From positions 3,286,001 through 3,350,000 of the forward strand of contig OX337232.1 in assembly GCA_946965045.2 (NCBI GenBank): 64,000 bases of DNA, read 5' to 3'. Position numbers and translations under genes: made by a program. Of this stretch, positions 46,872-56,901 are shown one piece after another. Origin of the DNA: Epithemia pelagica (taxonomy: Eukaryota; Protista; Bacillariophyta). The notes beneath the pieces were generated by a model. That model saw only the letters and a list, made by a program, of their open reading frames with translations. It was not told the DNA's origin and searched no databases. Position 1 is the stretch's first letter; each line of letters starts with the position of its first letter.

Positions 46872-48121
46872 GGTTATGTCGTTTGGTTTGATTACTGTGC
46901 AGGTCTGATATCGATGTAAGCTTCAGGGATCTAGCGGAAATGTGAGACGTAAGGCATGGAGCATAATTGTCCTGTACCTCTAGATGGAGAGTGTTTCTTT
47001 TCTATCTTGTGGGTATATCTCGTTGATTTTGATGAAGCGTACTCCTCAGCAATCACAGGACCAACCATTGGGATGTTTCGTACCTCCTTGTATGACACAC
47101 CACGCTCGAAACCTCTAAATTGTTGACTTCATATCCATCTAGAGCTCCATCTGACATCCATTACCCCCGAATGATCAACGAGGTCCAAGTTGCCATTGCT
47201 ACATTCCTTGCTACTACTACTATACCGGTTCCTTCGAGTCGCGGAAAAAGATGCCCGAAAAACCACCGACTCTGCTTGTCCAGACAGCTTGTGAGATGTA
47301 AACGCGAACGAAGCAACAAGTTCAGCACCCCCGAAAATACAAACTTCCCATCCTTGTTCTCATCATTGTCGACCACCATTTTTCCACACGCAGACGAGTC
47401 CAGGTAGAGAGTCCACAAAATTTGGGCGGTCGCCTTCAGTCGCGATCAAAGACCCCCGAAACATCCCAGCAGAAGAGAATCCAGATGATGTGTGTGATGC
47501 GTTGTTGTCGTTGGTTCCAAATGCATCGACATTTGGGACATGTGTACATTCTGAGACTACACACTCGTCATCGTTTCCCCTTGCACGCTCGCCATGGTTG
47601 TCCGTTCCGGAGCTTTGACCATATGCATAGCAAAGGTAATATGCATAGAAAAAGGTAGCTTTGTCCATGCTTCGGGTAGTATCCTCGAGTATAACACAAA
47701 CAACACGATCACGTACCACCAAGAAACGACAAGAGGGCGACAACTCATGTTGCTACCTACAGGCGGCCCTGTGACAGGCGATTGTATCTTTCTTTTCGGA
47801 GTGTTGCCTCAACAAGCAACCTTCCGCATCGGCCAACGGCTTTTCCTGGACAGATTCCCTTCCCTCTACTTTCCACAAAACGTATGGAAGTGTCTGCAAG
47901 GCAATATAAGGGTTGGGTAACCTCAAACCAAACCAAGACTTGTATAGTAGCTCCAATCAAGAATACGATTCAAAGAATGTGGTCAAGGATGCTTGACTGC
48001 TCTCTGTCATCCATCCTTGAATCCACCGCCCTCGAGTGTCCCAACAAGAATGGATCCCACTTTCGTTCTTTACCGTGTGCTTCCAATTCCCTGAGCCAGT
48101 CTTGAGAAGAAGGAAAGTAGT

Positions 48122-48229
48122 AGTGGACTCACAAGCAGCATTTTCTCGTTGGACGATGACAGGGTCTCTTTGTAAGAGTGGACTCACAAGCAGCATTTTC
48201 TCGTTGGACGATGACAGGGTCTCTTTGTA
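48122..48229. repeat. Perfect 53-bp direct duplication (55-bp period)
   Basis: AGTGGACTCACAAGCAGCATTTTCTCGTTGGACGATGACAGGGTCTCTTTGTA at 48122 and 48177. Confidence 0.9.
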
Positions 48230-48340
48230 GTTTTCTCTGGTACAACCCGTGGTCAATGTCGTCGCTTCAAAAACAAAAACCAAGTCTGAATTGCATTTCT
48301 CAGTTTTTTTTGTGACCACGGGAAAAACAGCAGTAGTTCG

Positions 48341-48985
48341 CTAGTAGCACGTCCACGCCAACAAGACCGAGGTTGCCACGGCCAAGAGTGACACATCCTC
48401 TGGGTTGGCGAGATTGGGAGAGTTGCCTTCCAACAGAGCATGGCCAACCCCTACTTGCAAGGTCCACGACAAGGTCCATACCACCACCGATACACCCAGA
48501 AACCAATGCAGTTTGTGGAAGGCAGCACTGGTTTTGGTACCAGTCGTTGTTGGGATATTTTTTGTGGTGGTGATGATGGATTGAAGCATGAAATGATTAG
48601 CATGAACGACTGCCACATGAAACAATAACACCACCGAGCCGAGTATCCAGGACTTGCCATTGCTTGTGAGATATGGTGGTGGTGACGAGTTGTCCTGGTA
48701 GTCCACCGTCAGCACCAAAAATGACACGAGGCCCATGGTATATCCAATGCCATTGACAGCGACTGACAACCATTCCAGTAGAATCTTGGTTGGATTCCTT
48801 TGCGCCGCAACGCGGAGCCATAGCCACTGGATCATTCCTTGACAAAGAGCGACAAAGGAAGCGACCTCACAGGGAATCAAGATCCAATGCAACGCGCGAT
48901 TGTACCACTCTTGATGGGCCGACTGATAGACTTGACAATCCAACACATGTTGATCTTGTAACTGTATAGCTAGAGATGACAACAT
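48341..48985 (-). CDS. DUF962/Mpo1-like membrane protein (2-hydroxy fatty acid dioxygenase family)
   Basis: YQSAHQEWYNRALHWILIP and WTLQVGVGHALLEGNSPNL match the family's Y...H....N..LH.I.VP and W..Q..GH..FE...P motifs; hydrophobic helices between them. Confidence 0.7.
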   Translation of the reverse strand: MLSSLAIQLQDQHVLDCQVYQSAHQEWYNRALHWILIPCEVASFVALCQGMIQWLWLRVAAQRNPTKILLEWLSVAVNGIGYTMGLVSFLVLTVDYQDNSSPPPYLTSNGKSWILGSVVLLFHVAVVHANHFMLQSIITTTKNIPTTTGTKTSAAFHKLHWFLGVSVVVWTLSWTLQVGVGHALLEGNSPNLANPEDVSLLAVATSVLLAWTCY

Positions 48986-49869
48986 CCTCTCTTGTTGTTG
49001 AGACCAATCTTATGGGCATCCAATCGGCCTTAGAAGTTGCCGGCATCAATGCTCTCGTCATTGCTCTTCTCGTCATCGTGGGTGATTGTGAGGCGGTGCA
49101 CAGAAATGATACGCGACTGCAGAGTAGAAGTACCGACGCTGGTCAGACGTTCTAGCTAACAGGTTCTCAGCTCCTCCTGTTCCTAGCACTACTCCTTAAT
49201 CTCTAGAGAGCCCCGTCTTTCTTTCAACCTGTGTGCACAATGACGCATTCGGAAAGTGCCGATACATCTATCCCTCCTCCAAAAGTTCTCCTTCCATTCC
49301 CTCATAGAGGAATGGCCTGGATACTTGTTGCCCGTTCTACTAGAATTGTGCCGAACGAATCACGACTTTGCTACGGTCTCCTTCTTGTGTGTGCGTGTAT
49401 CTAGAGGGATGGTTTTCCGTCCGACAAACACAATTGCTCGTGTGCGATATTTTATATCCCCGGAAAAAGGCATCTTCTCTTTCTAGAGATGGCCGCCATG
49501 GACAATCCGCAAACCAAACAACGTGGTAGACACACCGACACTCTGACCACAAAGCGGGCACAAACAAAAGTCTGTCTGGGTGGCATCCACGTGTACAACG
49601 TGGAAAATGGAAGACGTAGGAGTAGCTAAAACGGCAGTTAATAGAACTAGAGTTGTAGCTTATGCTTTCATCTTATAGAATTGTAGCCTTCTAGCTAGTG
49701 TATCCGTTCGAAGTGATATGATGGCGATCTTCGAAATAGAGCATGCTCATCATCTCAAACGTTCATGCAAAGAGACACTACCATTTGAACAAGTCCATAT
49801 GTTGAGATCAACAATGAAGAACGAACGAAAGTGAACTTTGTGACCGGAAGGTTCGAGGAGGATCGATAC

Positions 49870-50517
49870 TTATGGGAAGTCAAGATTCTCGATGAGGCCA
49901 TCCAAGAAAGCATCTTCTTCAGCGGTCAATTCAGAAGCGTCATCGAAGATCTCCTCAGGGATGAATGAAGTTTCCGACGATGTCTCTGAATCCTCGCTCC
50001 CCGCTGGAGCAGGTCCCAGAGCAGGCCACGGATGAACAGCCGCCAAGTTGATGGAGACAGTAGCAGCATTCTCCAATTGCGCTTTGGCCATATTGTACTC
50101 TTTGCGCAGAGGAGAGAACATGAGTTCCTTACAGTCCGCTGGCCTTTTAGTGATTTCGTAGAACTCAGCTTCTTCCCAAGTGGCCTCTTTCAAGGTGGCA
50201 TTCGAGGCCCACACTTTGAAGGTGGCCTCGGCGTTACCGGTGCGAAGACGAGCCTCTTCATGGGCCAACTCGAGAATGGGGCCGACCGATCCATTGATCT
50301 TGCGCTTTCCTTGGAGAAAGTCATGTCCTTTCTCGAGATAGTACTTTCGAGCCACTTGTCGTAGAATCACATTTTGGTTCAATGGGTCAAACCCAGAACA
50401 TCCAGTGATGAAATGAAAATGATGAGGGTGATTTGCCTTGATATTTGTGCCAATAGTCGCCGGGCCCTTGAAGGCTCTTTCTTTCTTAAATAGTCCTCGC
50501 TTGTTTTGAGGGCTCAT
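49870..50517 (-). CDS. Unknown protein (weakly DUF6824-like), intact paralogue of 45930-46871
   Basis: Open frame from MSPQNKRG; strong similarity to the 46-kb copy supports coding status. Confidence 0.6.
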   Translation of the reverse strand: MSPQNKRGLFKKERAFKGPATIGTNIKANHPHHFHFITGCSGFDPLNQNVILRQVARKYYLEKGHDFLQGKRKINGSVGPILELAHEEARLRTGNAEATFKVWASNATLKEATWEEAEFYEITKRPADCKELMFSPLRKEYNMAKAQLENAATVSINLAAVHPWPALGPAPAGSEDSETSSETSFIPEEIFDDASELTAEEDAFLDGLIENLDFP

Positions 50518-51260
50518 ATGACTTTGTCGCTGGTTGTTGATGTTGCTTTGGATGCAATTTGTGAGACCACTCGTGCGAAATTGGTCCAATACTGGGGGGC
50601 CTAAGCCAAACAATACGAATACTTAGAGATTCCATTAGAATTACATAGGAGTACACATCTAGGAGCTTGGAGGGTTCATTTTGGTCAAACGTGCTCCGCG
50701 ACGGCAGTCGTCTTGTTTCGTCGGTCCTCGAAACAAGACGCTCCCCTCAATGTACATCAAAGTTTAAGCGGGATCAAGAAGCGGGATTGGACCACGTCAC
50801 GGAGCCTGCGCATTGAATGTGAGCGAAGAGAGAGAGCCGGGCGAGATCCAGAGAACATCGCCGGCACACCGAACAGGAAATAGATGAGGCAGAACAGGCG
50901 TGCAATTCGGAAGTCGAATTTGAGAAAGTATGTGTATCCCATCTACTGCGACAAAACACTTCCTGTTCAATCTCTGAAGTGCTATCATACAAGAACCAAG
51001 GACTCGACCTTTCAAGAGACCTGGCTTATATGGAAGCAGACAACAATGCGCCAAAATGAGGTCCCTAGTGGAGCGCAAGCATCGACCAGATCCACTGAGC
51101 CAAAGACGCAACAAACAAGACAAGAGGGAGAAGGAGCTCTCACTCTTTGGATTTCCTACGGTTCGACGGCGAAGGCTTGATCACCTTTGGCGTTGTTCTG
51201 AGTTCTCTGAAGAGCTGAATCTCCAACTTTCACAGGCACCAGCTAAGTGCCTAGTATTTT

Positions 51261-51658
51261 GAGAGCCGGGCGAGATCCAGAGAACATCGCCGGCACACCG
51301 AACAGGAAATAGATGAGGCAGAACAGGCGTGCAATTCGGAAGTCGAATTTGAGAAAGTATGTGTATCCCATCTACTGCGACAAAACACTTCCTGTTCAAT
51401 CTCTGAAGTGCTATCATACAAGAACCAAGGACTCGACCTTTCAAGAGACCTGGCTTATATGGAAGCAGACAACAATGCGCCAAAATGAGGTCCCTAGTGG
51501 AGCGCAAGCATCGACCAGATCCACTGAGCCAAAGACGCAACAAACAAGACAAGAGGGAGAAGGAGCTCTCACTCTTTGGATTTCCTACGGTTCGACGGCG
51601 AAGGCTTGATCACCTTTGGCGTTGTTCTGAGTTCTCTGAAGAGCTGAATCTCCAACTT
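51261..51658 (+). repeat. Extra 398-bp partial A repeat (A')
   Basis: Duplicates 50832-51229. Separated from A1 by a 31-bp segment (51230-51260) identical to 59434-59464. Confidence 0.9.
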
Positions 51659-51693
51659 CGGTTTCGCTGCGCTCACCCTCTCTTTTCTCGGTC

Positions 51694-54126
51694 ATGTCTG
51701 TTCCTCCGCCTCCTCCTGCTGATGATGAGGATGCTGTCCTCGCTTCGCTCGTCGCTCAGGCGTCGATTGCCACTCCCTCCGCTATTGGGGCCGCCCGTTC
51801 TTCTACGTCGGCTCTAAGGGGGGACCGCGGTCAGATCTCTTTTGCGGAACCCGCGGAAGACATGATGCAAGCATCGGACTCCACTACTTTCCCATCGTCC
51901 ACGTTGTCGACCCTCGGTCGTCACACGTCGTCAAGTAAGTTTGGAGTGGTTGTTCTACGTACAAGTGAATGCGCCGAAAAGTTGTTGTGTTTGGGCCTCA
52001 AACGAGGCGGTAGCACCTTTTGCATTGACCCCAAGTGCGCGAAAGCCGGGGACCATGGAACTGGACTGCCCGCCTACGATTTGGGGCCCAATGGAGGACT
52101 GTTTATTGCCAAGAACCCAGCCTCCGCTTTCTGTACCCCCGTGGTACCTCTAGAAGACATTTCTCAGACCACACTTGAAGAAATTCAGGGCGAGAAACAT
52201 TCTATGGAAGACTGGACGAAGAAATTCGTCGCTCTCAAACGCTTAAAACAAGTCACAAACGAAGGAAACCTAGAAGCAAGCCTCAAGGAAACGGAAAACA
52301 AGATCTCAAGCATGAAGGATTTACGCACTCCGTTTACTTTACAGAAATCCAAGTCGAAGACCACTTCTTTTCTAATTCAGAACTTTTCCCCACACCACAA
52401 GATCTTATCTGGCGAACTAAAGGAAGTTGTCCGCCAGATTTCGTCTGATTCGACCCTCATCCCCACCACCATCCGTGAGATCGAGGACTCAGTCACAGAA
52501 GCAGGTGACATCATTCGAGCTCTTTTCTTGGAACAAGAGGAGATGGCGAGGGAAACAGGAGATGCGGTAGAAGGTCTCGGAGTCAAATTCGACCAACTCT
52601 CTATGGAAATTGGACCCCGCGAAGAATTGCCCGAAGAATACCAAGCTCCCACCCTCTGGGGGATCATTTCTTCTATGATCAGGAGCATCCAGGAAACATC
52701 ACCGTCGACAGCTGAAGCAAACCAACAAGCAATGGACAGTCGACTTGCTGGGGTGGAATCGTCGATTGGAACCTTCTTCTCACGCGTTCAAGCTGAGATG
52801 TCATCCAAGCTCTCAGCCGCTCAAATCGAATCTCGAAATGGTGTGGACAAGCTCCGTTCTCAGTTTGTCAAAGGTTTTGAGGGTCTAATCGGTAGGATGT
52901 CGGCCCTTGAATCTAATTCCTCAAGAGAAGAAAGACTTTTGGAACTGGAAAGTAAATTGCAAGCTCATGACATGGCATTGAATCGGGTTGCAACTCGAAC
53001 CGCGTTTGCCTCTGGATCCTCTAGCATCCCAGCGCCTGACTTTTCGAAAGATCCAAAATTCATGGCGATGGAAGCTGAGATTGCACATCTTCAAACCATC
53101 GTCAAGGACGCAAACACTGTGATGCAACGTCTCCAAAGCAAAGTGGACACATCTGCTATCAAGTTCGGGAATCTTGGCGTGGCCTCGGTCGACGACTGCA
53201 AAGCCTGGGTGGCCCTCAAGTTTGGATCCCAAGCCTATGGACTCTTGTTCGATCTCAATCTTGTCTTGGAATGGTGTGCTCCTCAAGAAAACGGTGACGT
53301 TCTCTCCATGCTCACGACCATGGAGAAACGTCACAAAATGCAGATTGCAACCACGAATGAAGCTCGAGCCATTTACTCCATGAAGAATGAATTCCCCCAG
53401 TTGTTGTACAAAGACTTCCCTGGTACGGGTCGTGACCCCTCCTTTCTTACAGCAATGAAGGAGTTTGCGGACTGGGAGACTCCGGAAACGGGAGTGCGTG
53501 ATAGAATCCTCAATCGTTTGGGCAACATGAACTCGATGTTTGGGGAGCAGATTGCAACTACGATGTCTGCTGAACCAGAGGCGCGGGCTTTAGCACTGTC
53601 GATGCTATCTGTTTCGGTCGGTTGTTGTCGCGAACTTGTGACTTACTTTGACGAGACCATGAATGAACTCACTATCAAGTCGAAGTTTACTACCCGTAAG
53701 GCTTTTAGCCTTGTCACGCAAGTTGTCCGCCGCTTCTTCATGGATTTGTACAAGGTGCGGGCTCAGGTTTACTCCTCCTTGTCCACCACCGACAGTACGG
53801 GGCAATGTGCATGGATCCTCTATGGGGTTCTACGTACGCATGACGTCATGACGGAATACGTCAAAGCCCGTTTCAAAAATCACCCGTCGGTTTCTAGCGA
53901 ATACATTCGGTTTTTATCTACCAATTCTGGCTTCGAATCCTTGAAGACACTAGAGGATCAAGTCGACAGTTTGAAGAAAACCTCTTGTCAGTTAGTTAAA
54001 GATGTTACAGCCGCCAAGAAGGCTTCGGACACGGCTAGCAGCTCTATCGACACTGTCAAGAAAGATGTGACGGAGCTGAAAAAGCAAGTTCAACGCCGCA
54101 ATGGTCAGGGTGGTGACAAAAAGTGA
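51694..54126 (+). CDS. gag: gag-like ORF1, copy 2, 810 aa
   Basis: Long intact ORF directly after the A repeats; Cys/His cluster (CLG...FCIDPKC...H), coiled coils; ends AAG TGA CGG. Confidence 0.85.
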   Translation: MSVPPPPPADDEDAVLASLVAQASIATPSAIGAARSSTSALRGDRGQISFAEPAEDMMQASDSTTFPSSTLSTLGRHTSSSKFGVVVLRTSECAEKLLCLGLKRGGSTFCIDPKCAKAGDHGTGLPAYDLGPNGGLFIAKNPASAFCTPVVPLEDISQTTLEEIQGEKHSMEDWTKKFVALKRLKQVTNEGNLEASLKETENKISSMKDLRTPFTLQKSKSKTTSFLIQNFSPHHKILSGELKEVVRQISSDSTLIPTTIREIEDSVTEAGDIIRALFLEQEEMARETGDAVEGLGVKFDQLSMEIGPREELPEEYQAPTLWGIISSMIRSIQETSPSTAEANQQAMDSRLAGVESSIGTFFSRVQAEMSSKLSAAQIESRNGVDKLRSQFVKGFEGLIGRMSALESNSSREERLLELESKLQAHDMALNRVATRTAFASGSSSIPAPDFSKDPKFMAMEAEIAHLQTIVKDANTVMQRLQSKVDTSAIKFGNLGVASVDDCKAWVALKFGSQAYGLLFDLNLVLEWCAPQENGDVLSMLTTMEKRHKMQIATTNEARAIYSMKNEFPQLLYKDFPGTGRDPSFLTAMKEFADWETPETGVRDRILNRLGNMNSMFGEQIATTMSAEPEARALALSMLSVSVGCCRELVTYFDETMNELTIKSKFTTRKAFSLVTQVVRRFFMDLYKVRAQVYSSLSTTDSTGQCAWILYGVLRTHDVMTEYVKARFKNHPSVSSEYIRFLSTNSGFESLKTLEDQVDSLKKTSCQLVKDVTAAKKASDTASSSIDTVKKDVTELKKQVQRRNGQGGDKK

Positions 54127-56898
54127 CGGTGTGCCGCGTCTAACCTAGATGATGATGTTTCATGTGATCCATCTGGTTTAGACGCAGGTAGTATTGCTTC
54201 TTCGCTCAGCAGCCATCATCCGCCAGATCCTCCTGCTAGCATAAAGCGTTCGGCTCCTCCTCCATCTGTCACCATTCGAACAAAGCGTCCATGTGTTCGA
54301 GCAGTTGATCGCGGCTCCAAGACCTTTCGCAGTGATCTTTCGTGCTTGATCCTTGGTCAATCCGCAATTACCTGGGGTTTTGCATTGAGTGTGGGTGACT
54401 GGCATGGCATTTACATGCTGGCCAGTGAGTACGAGGCACGACGGGCTGACCCTTTTTGGAGCGCTGTTTTGGCTCATTGCCACGACAAATTGCATCTGGT
54501 TCCAAGCATCGACATGGTGTTGGGTCGTGGTATCATTTCTGTGGTATTGTTGGAGGGAGATGTCGAGGGGGGGGACTCTGAATTTTCGTTGCACTCTGCT
54601 CCTCTTATGCGTGCCGCTGGATGTCAAGTGCTTTCGCAATTGTTGGCAAGCACGTGGTGGGATTGGGATGAAGGATCTTCTCTCATTTTTTGGCGGTGGA
54701 ATGGCCTCGACCAACAATATGAGGCCTGGTTTGGGACACCCATTCATGTCACCGGTGCTCTTCCGTCCTATCATCGCAAGCAACGTCCTCCTTCCGACGA
54801 TATGCTCGCTCAAGTCGGCGCTAAACTTTCGACAGTTTTGAACCGCGGGTATTTTGATCTCAACGCGCCTATTGCAAGCATGTCGGACTACTTTGCCGTA
54901 CCAAAAGGTGACAGCGATATTCGTATGGTCTACAACGGCACAAGTTGTGGACTCAATTCATCGTTGTGGGCCCCAAACTTTTGGTTACCATCTTCCAAAT
55001 CTGCGCTACGTCTCCTAACGTGCGATTCCTACTGTGGTGACATGGACTTAGGCGAGATGTTTCTTAACTTCCCGATGGACATTCGCCTTCGTCCGTTTGC
55101 TGGTGTTGATCTAACTCCGTTACGTGACCATCTTGCTACACCACCATCTGAATCCAAACCCAAGCTCGCACGCTGGAACCGCCTTTTCATGGGCATGTTG
55201 CCCAGTCCTTTCCACGCGGCGCGGCATTACTACATTGCGGAAGAAATGGCCAAGGGATCCCCGCAAGACCCGACGAGCCCGTGTGGGTTTGATGCTGTGC
55301 GGTTCAACATTCCAGGGTCAACCGACTACACACCAACACTTCCCTGGGTGATGAAATGGAACTCGAAGCTAGACAACATTGCGGGTGATGTGGTAACCTA
55401 TATGGACGACCTTCGAACTGTCGGGTCGTCTGCTGAGCACGTATGGCAAGTGGCAAGACGGTTGGGCTCTCGATTACAATACTTGGGCATTCAAGATGCT
55501 CCTCGAAAGCGCCGCCCACCGTCGAAAACACCAGGAGCTTGGGCGGGCAGCGTCCATCACATTTCAGAGTCAGCAGTGTCGAAAACGCTGACGCAAAAGA
55601 AATGGGATAAGGGGAAAGCCCTGTTGAAGAAATACGTGGAAGCGTTTGCCGAAAGCGACGCTCCAATCTTCGACCACAAACAAATGCAGAGAGATGTCGG
55701 TTTCTTCGTCCACCAAGCCCTGACCTTTAGTTCCATGATGCCATTTTTGAAGGGCTTTTACTTGACGATGAATGTCTGGCGGCCGGACCGGAACGGGGAT
55801 GGCTGGAAGCTTTCGACAAGAGAATGGATATCTCAGTTGCAGGAAAAACTTTCGGATGCCGAGGTGAATACCTTGTGTGGTTTCCTAGAAGAAGACGAGG
55901 AAAGCGAACCGTCCATGCAAGATACAAAGGAGACGAAAGTGCGTTCGGAAAATCCACCGAAGTCAGTGAAAGCTGTTCCGCGTCTCAAGTCGGATGTCAA
56001 AGCGCTGGCAGCGATGCTCGCGGAAGAAGAGCCTCCAAAGGTCCAAGTGAGATCTTCGTCCGTTTACGTGGCCTTGTTTGGTTGTGGAGACGCGTCGGGA
56101 TGCGGATTCGGCGCGGCCTTCCAGTTGCCACAGAAGAAATTGTCCTACAGAGTGGGCGTCTGGGGAAGAGACATTGTTGTTGAAGAATCCTCCAACTGGA
56201 AAGAGTTTACCAACTGTGTTGAGTTGCTCGAGGAAGAAGCAACAACAGGCCAACTTGATTCCACGGAAGTATTCTTCTTCACCGATAATTCCACGGTGGA
56301 AAGGTGTTTCTATAAGGGGTCGTCGTCCAGCCCAAAACTCCTAGACCTCGTAATTCGTTTGAGGCGACTAGAGATGAAGCATGCCCTGAGACTCCACATT
56401 TCTCACGTCTCGGGTAAACGGATGATCGCTGTTGGAGTTGACGGAATTTCAAGAGGTCAGTTGAATGAAGGGGTGATGGCAGGATCGCCTATGCTGTCCT
56501 ACATCCCCCTTCACAAAACTCCTATCCAAATGTCAGATACCCTCTTTGAATGGGTCCGATCTTGGTTGGGTGCCAAGACAGAGCTCCTAACCCCCATGGA
56601 TTGGTTCACCACTGGCCATGACATCAGGGGATGGACGCTCCCGTCGGATCATAACGATCTGTCCCTGCCAATCCTTCGGCCAGGACATTTCGTATGGGCT
56701 CCTCCCCCGGGAGGAGCAGACGTGGCTTTAGAAGAGCTTCGAAAAGCCCGTCATAAGCGTCAGTCTTCCATGCACGTCTTCTTGTGCCAACGCTTACTTA
56801 CATCTAAGTGGTTTAAACAATTGCACAAGGCTTGCGACCTTGTGCTGGAAATTCCAGCGGGAACTTCGTTTTGGCCTAAGGAAACTTTGAACCTCTAA
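54127..56898 (+). CDS. pol: pol (RT, RNase H, MT-like), copy 2; in frame with gag, ~0.95-kb N-terminal deletion, 1-nt frameshift near the 3' end
   Basis: Stop-free from 54127; DMDLGEMFLNFP, YMDDLR, GDASG, SSNWKEF, FTDNS, DGISRG, FVWAPPP...KWFKQL. A frameshift at ~56878 relative to copy 1 truncates the C-terminus. Confidence 0.88.
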   Translation, partial: RCAASNLDDDVSCDPSGLDAGSIASSLSSHHPPDPPASIKRSAPPPSVTIRTKRPCVRAVDRGSKTFRSDLSCLILGQSAITWGFALSVGDWHGIYMLASEYEARRADPFWSAVLAHCHDKLHLVPSIDMVLGRGIISVVLLEGDVEGGDSEFSLHSAPLMRAAGCQVLSQLLASTWWDWDEGSSLIFWRWNGLDQQYEAWFGTPIHVTGALPSYHRKQRPPSDDMLAQVGAKLSTVLNRGYFDLNAPIASMSDYFAVPKGDSDIRMVYNGTSCGLNSSLWAPNFWLPSSKSALRLLTCDSYCGDMDLGEMFLNFPMDIRLRPFAGVDLTPLRDHLATPPSESKPKLARWNRLFMGMLPSPFHAARHYYIAEEMAKGSPQDPTSPCGFDAVRFNIPGSTDYTPTLPWVMKWNSKLDNIAGDVVTYMDDLRTVGSSAEHVWQVARRLGSRLQYLGIQDAPRKRRPPSKTPGAWAGSVHHISESAVSKTLTQKKWDKGKALLKKYVEAFAESDAPIFDHKQMQRDVGFFVHQALTFSSMMPFLKGFYLTMNVWRPDRNGDGWKLSTREWISQLQEKLSDAEVNTLCGFLEEDEESEPSMQDTKETKVRSENPPKSVKAVPRLKSDVKALAAMLAEEEPPKVQVRSSSVYVALFGCGDASGCGFGAAFQLPQKKLSYRVGVWGRDIVVEESSNWKEFTNCVELLEEEATTGQLDSTEVFFFTDNSTVERCFYKGSSSSPKLLDLVIRLRRLEMKHALRLHISHVSGKRMIAVGVDGISRGQLNEGVMAGSPMLSYIPLHKTPIQMSDTLFEWVRSWLGAKTELLTPMDWFTTGHDIRGWTLPSDHNDLSLPILRPGHFVWAPPPGGADVALEELRKARHKRQSSMHVFLCQRLLTSKWFKQLHKACDLVLEIPAGTSFWPKETLNL

Positions 56899-56901
56899 TC
56901 G

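Noticed and set aside
47400-48320. Possible gene between the unknown paralogue and the DUF962 gene
   Set aside because: Only short stop-interrupted frames with no motif I can identify.
50797-51609. Recurrent 98-aa, 108-aa and 72-aa ORFs (also 58961-59384)
   Set aside because: They are reading frames within the A repeat and recur only because the repeat is duplicated.
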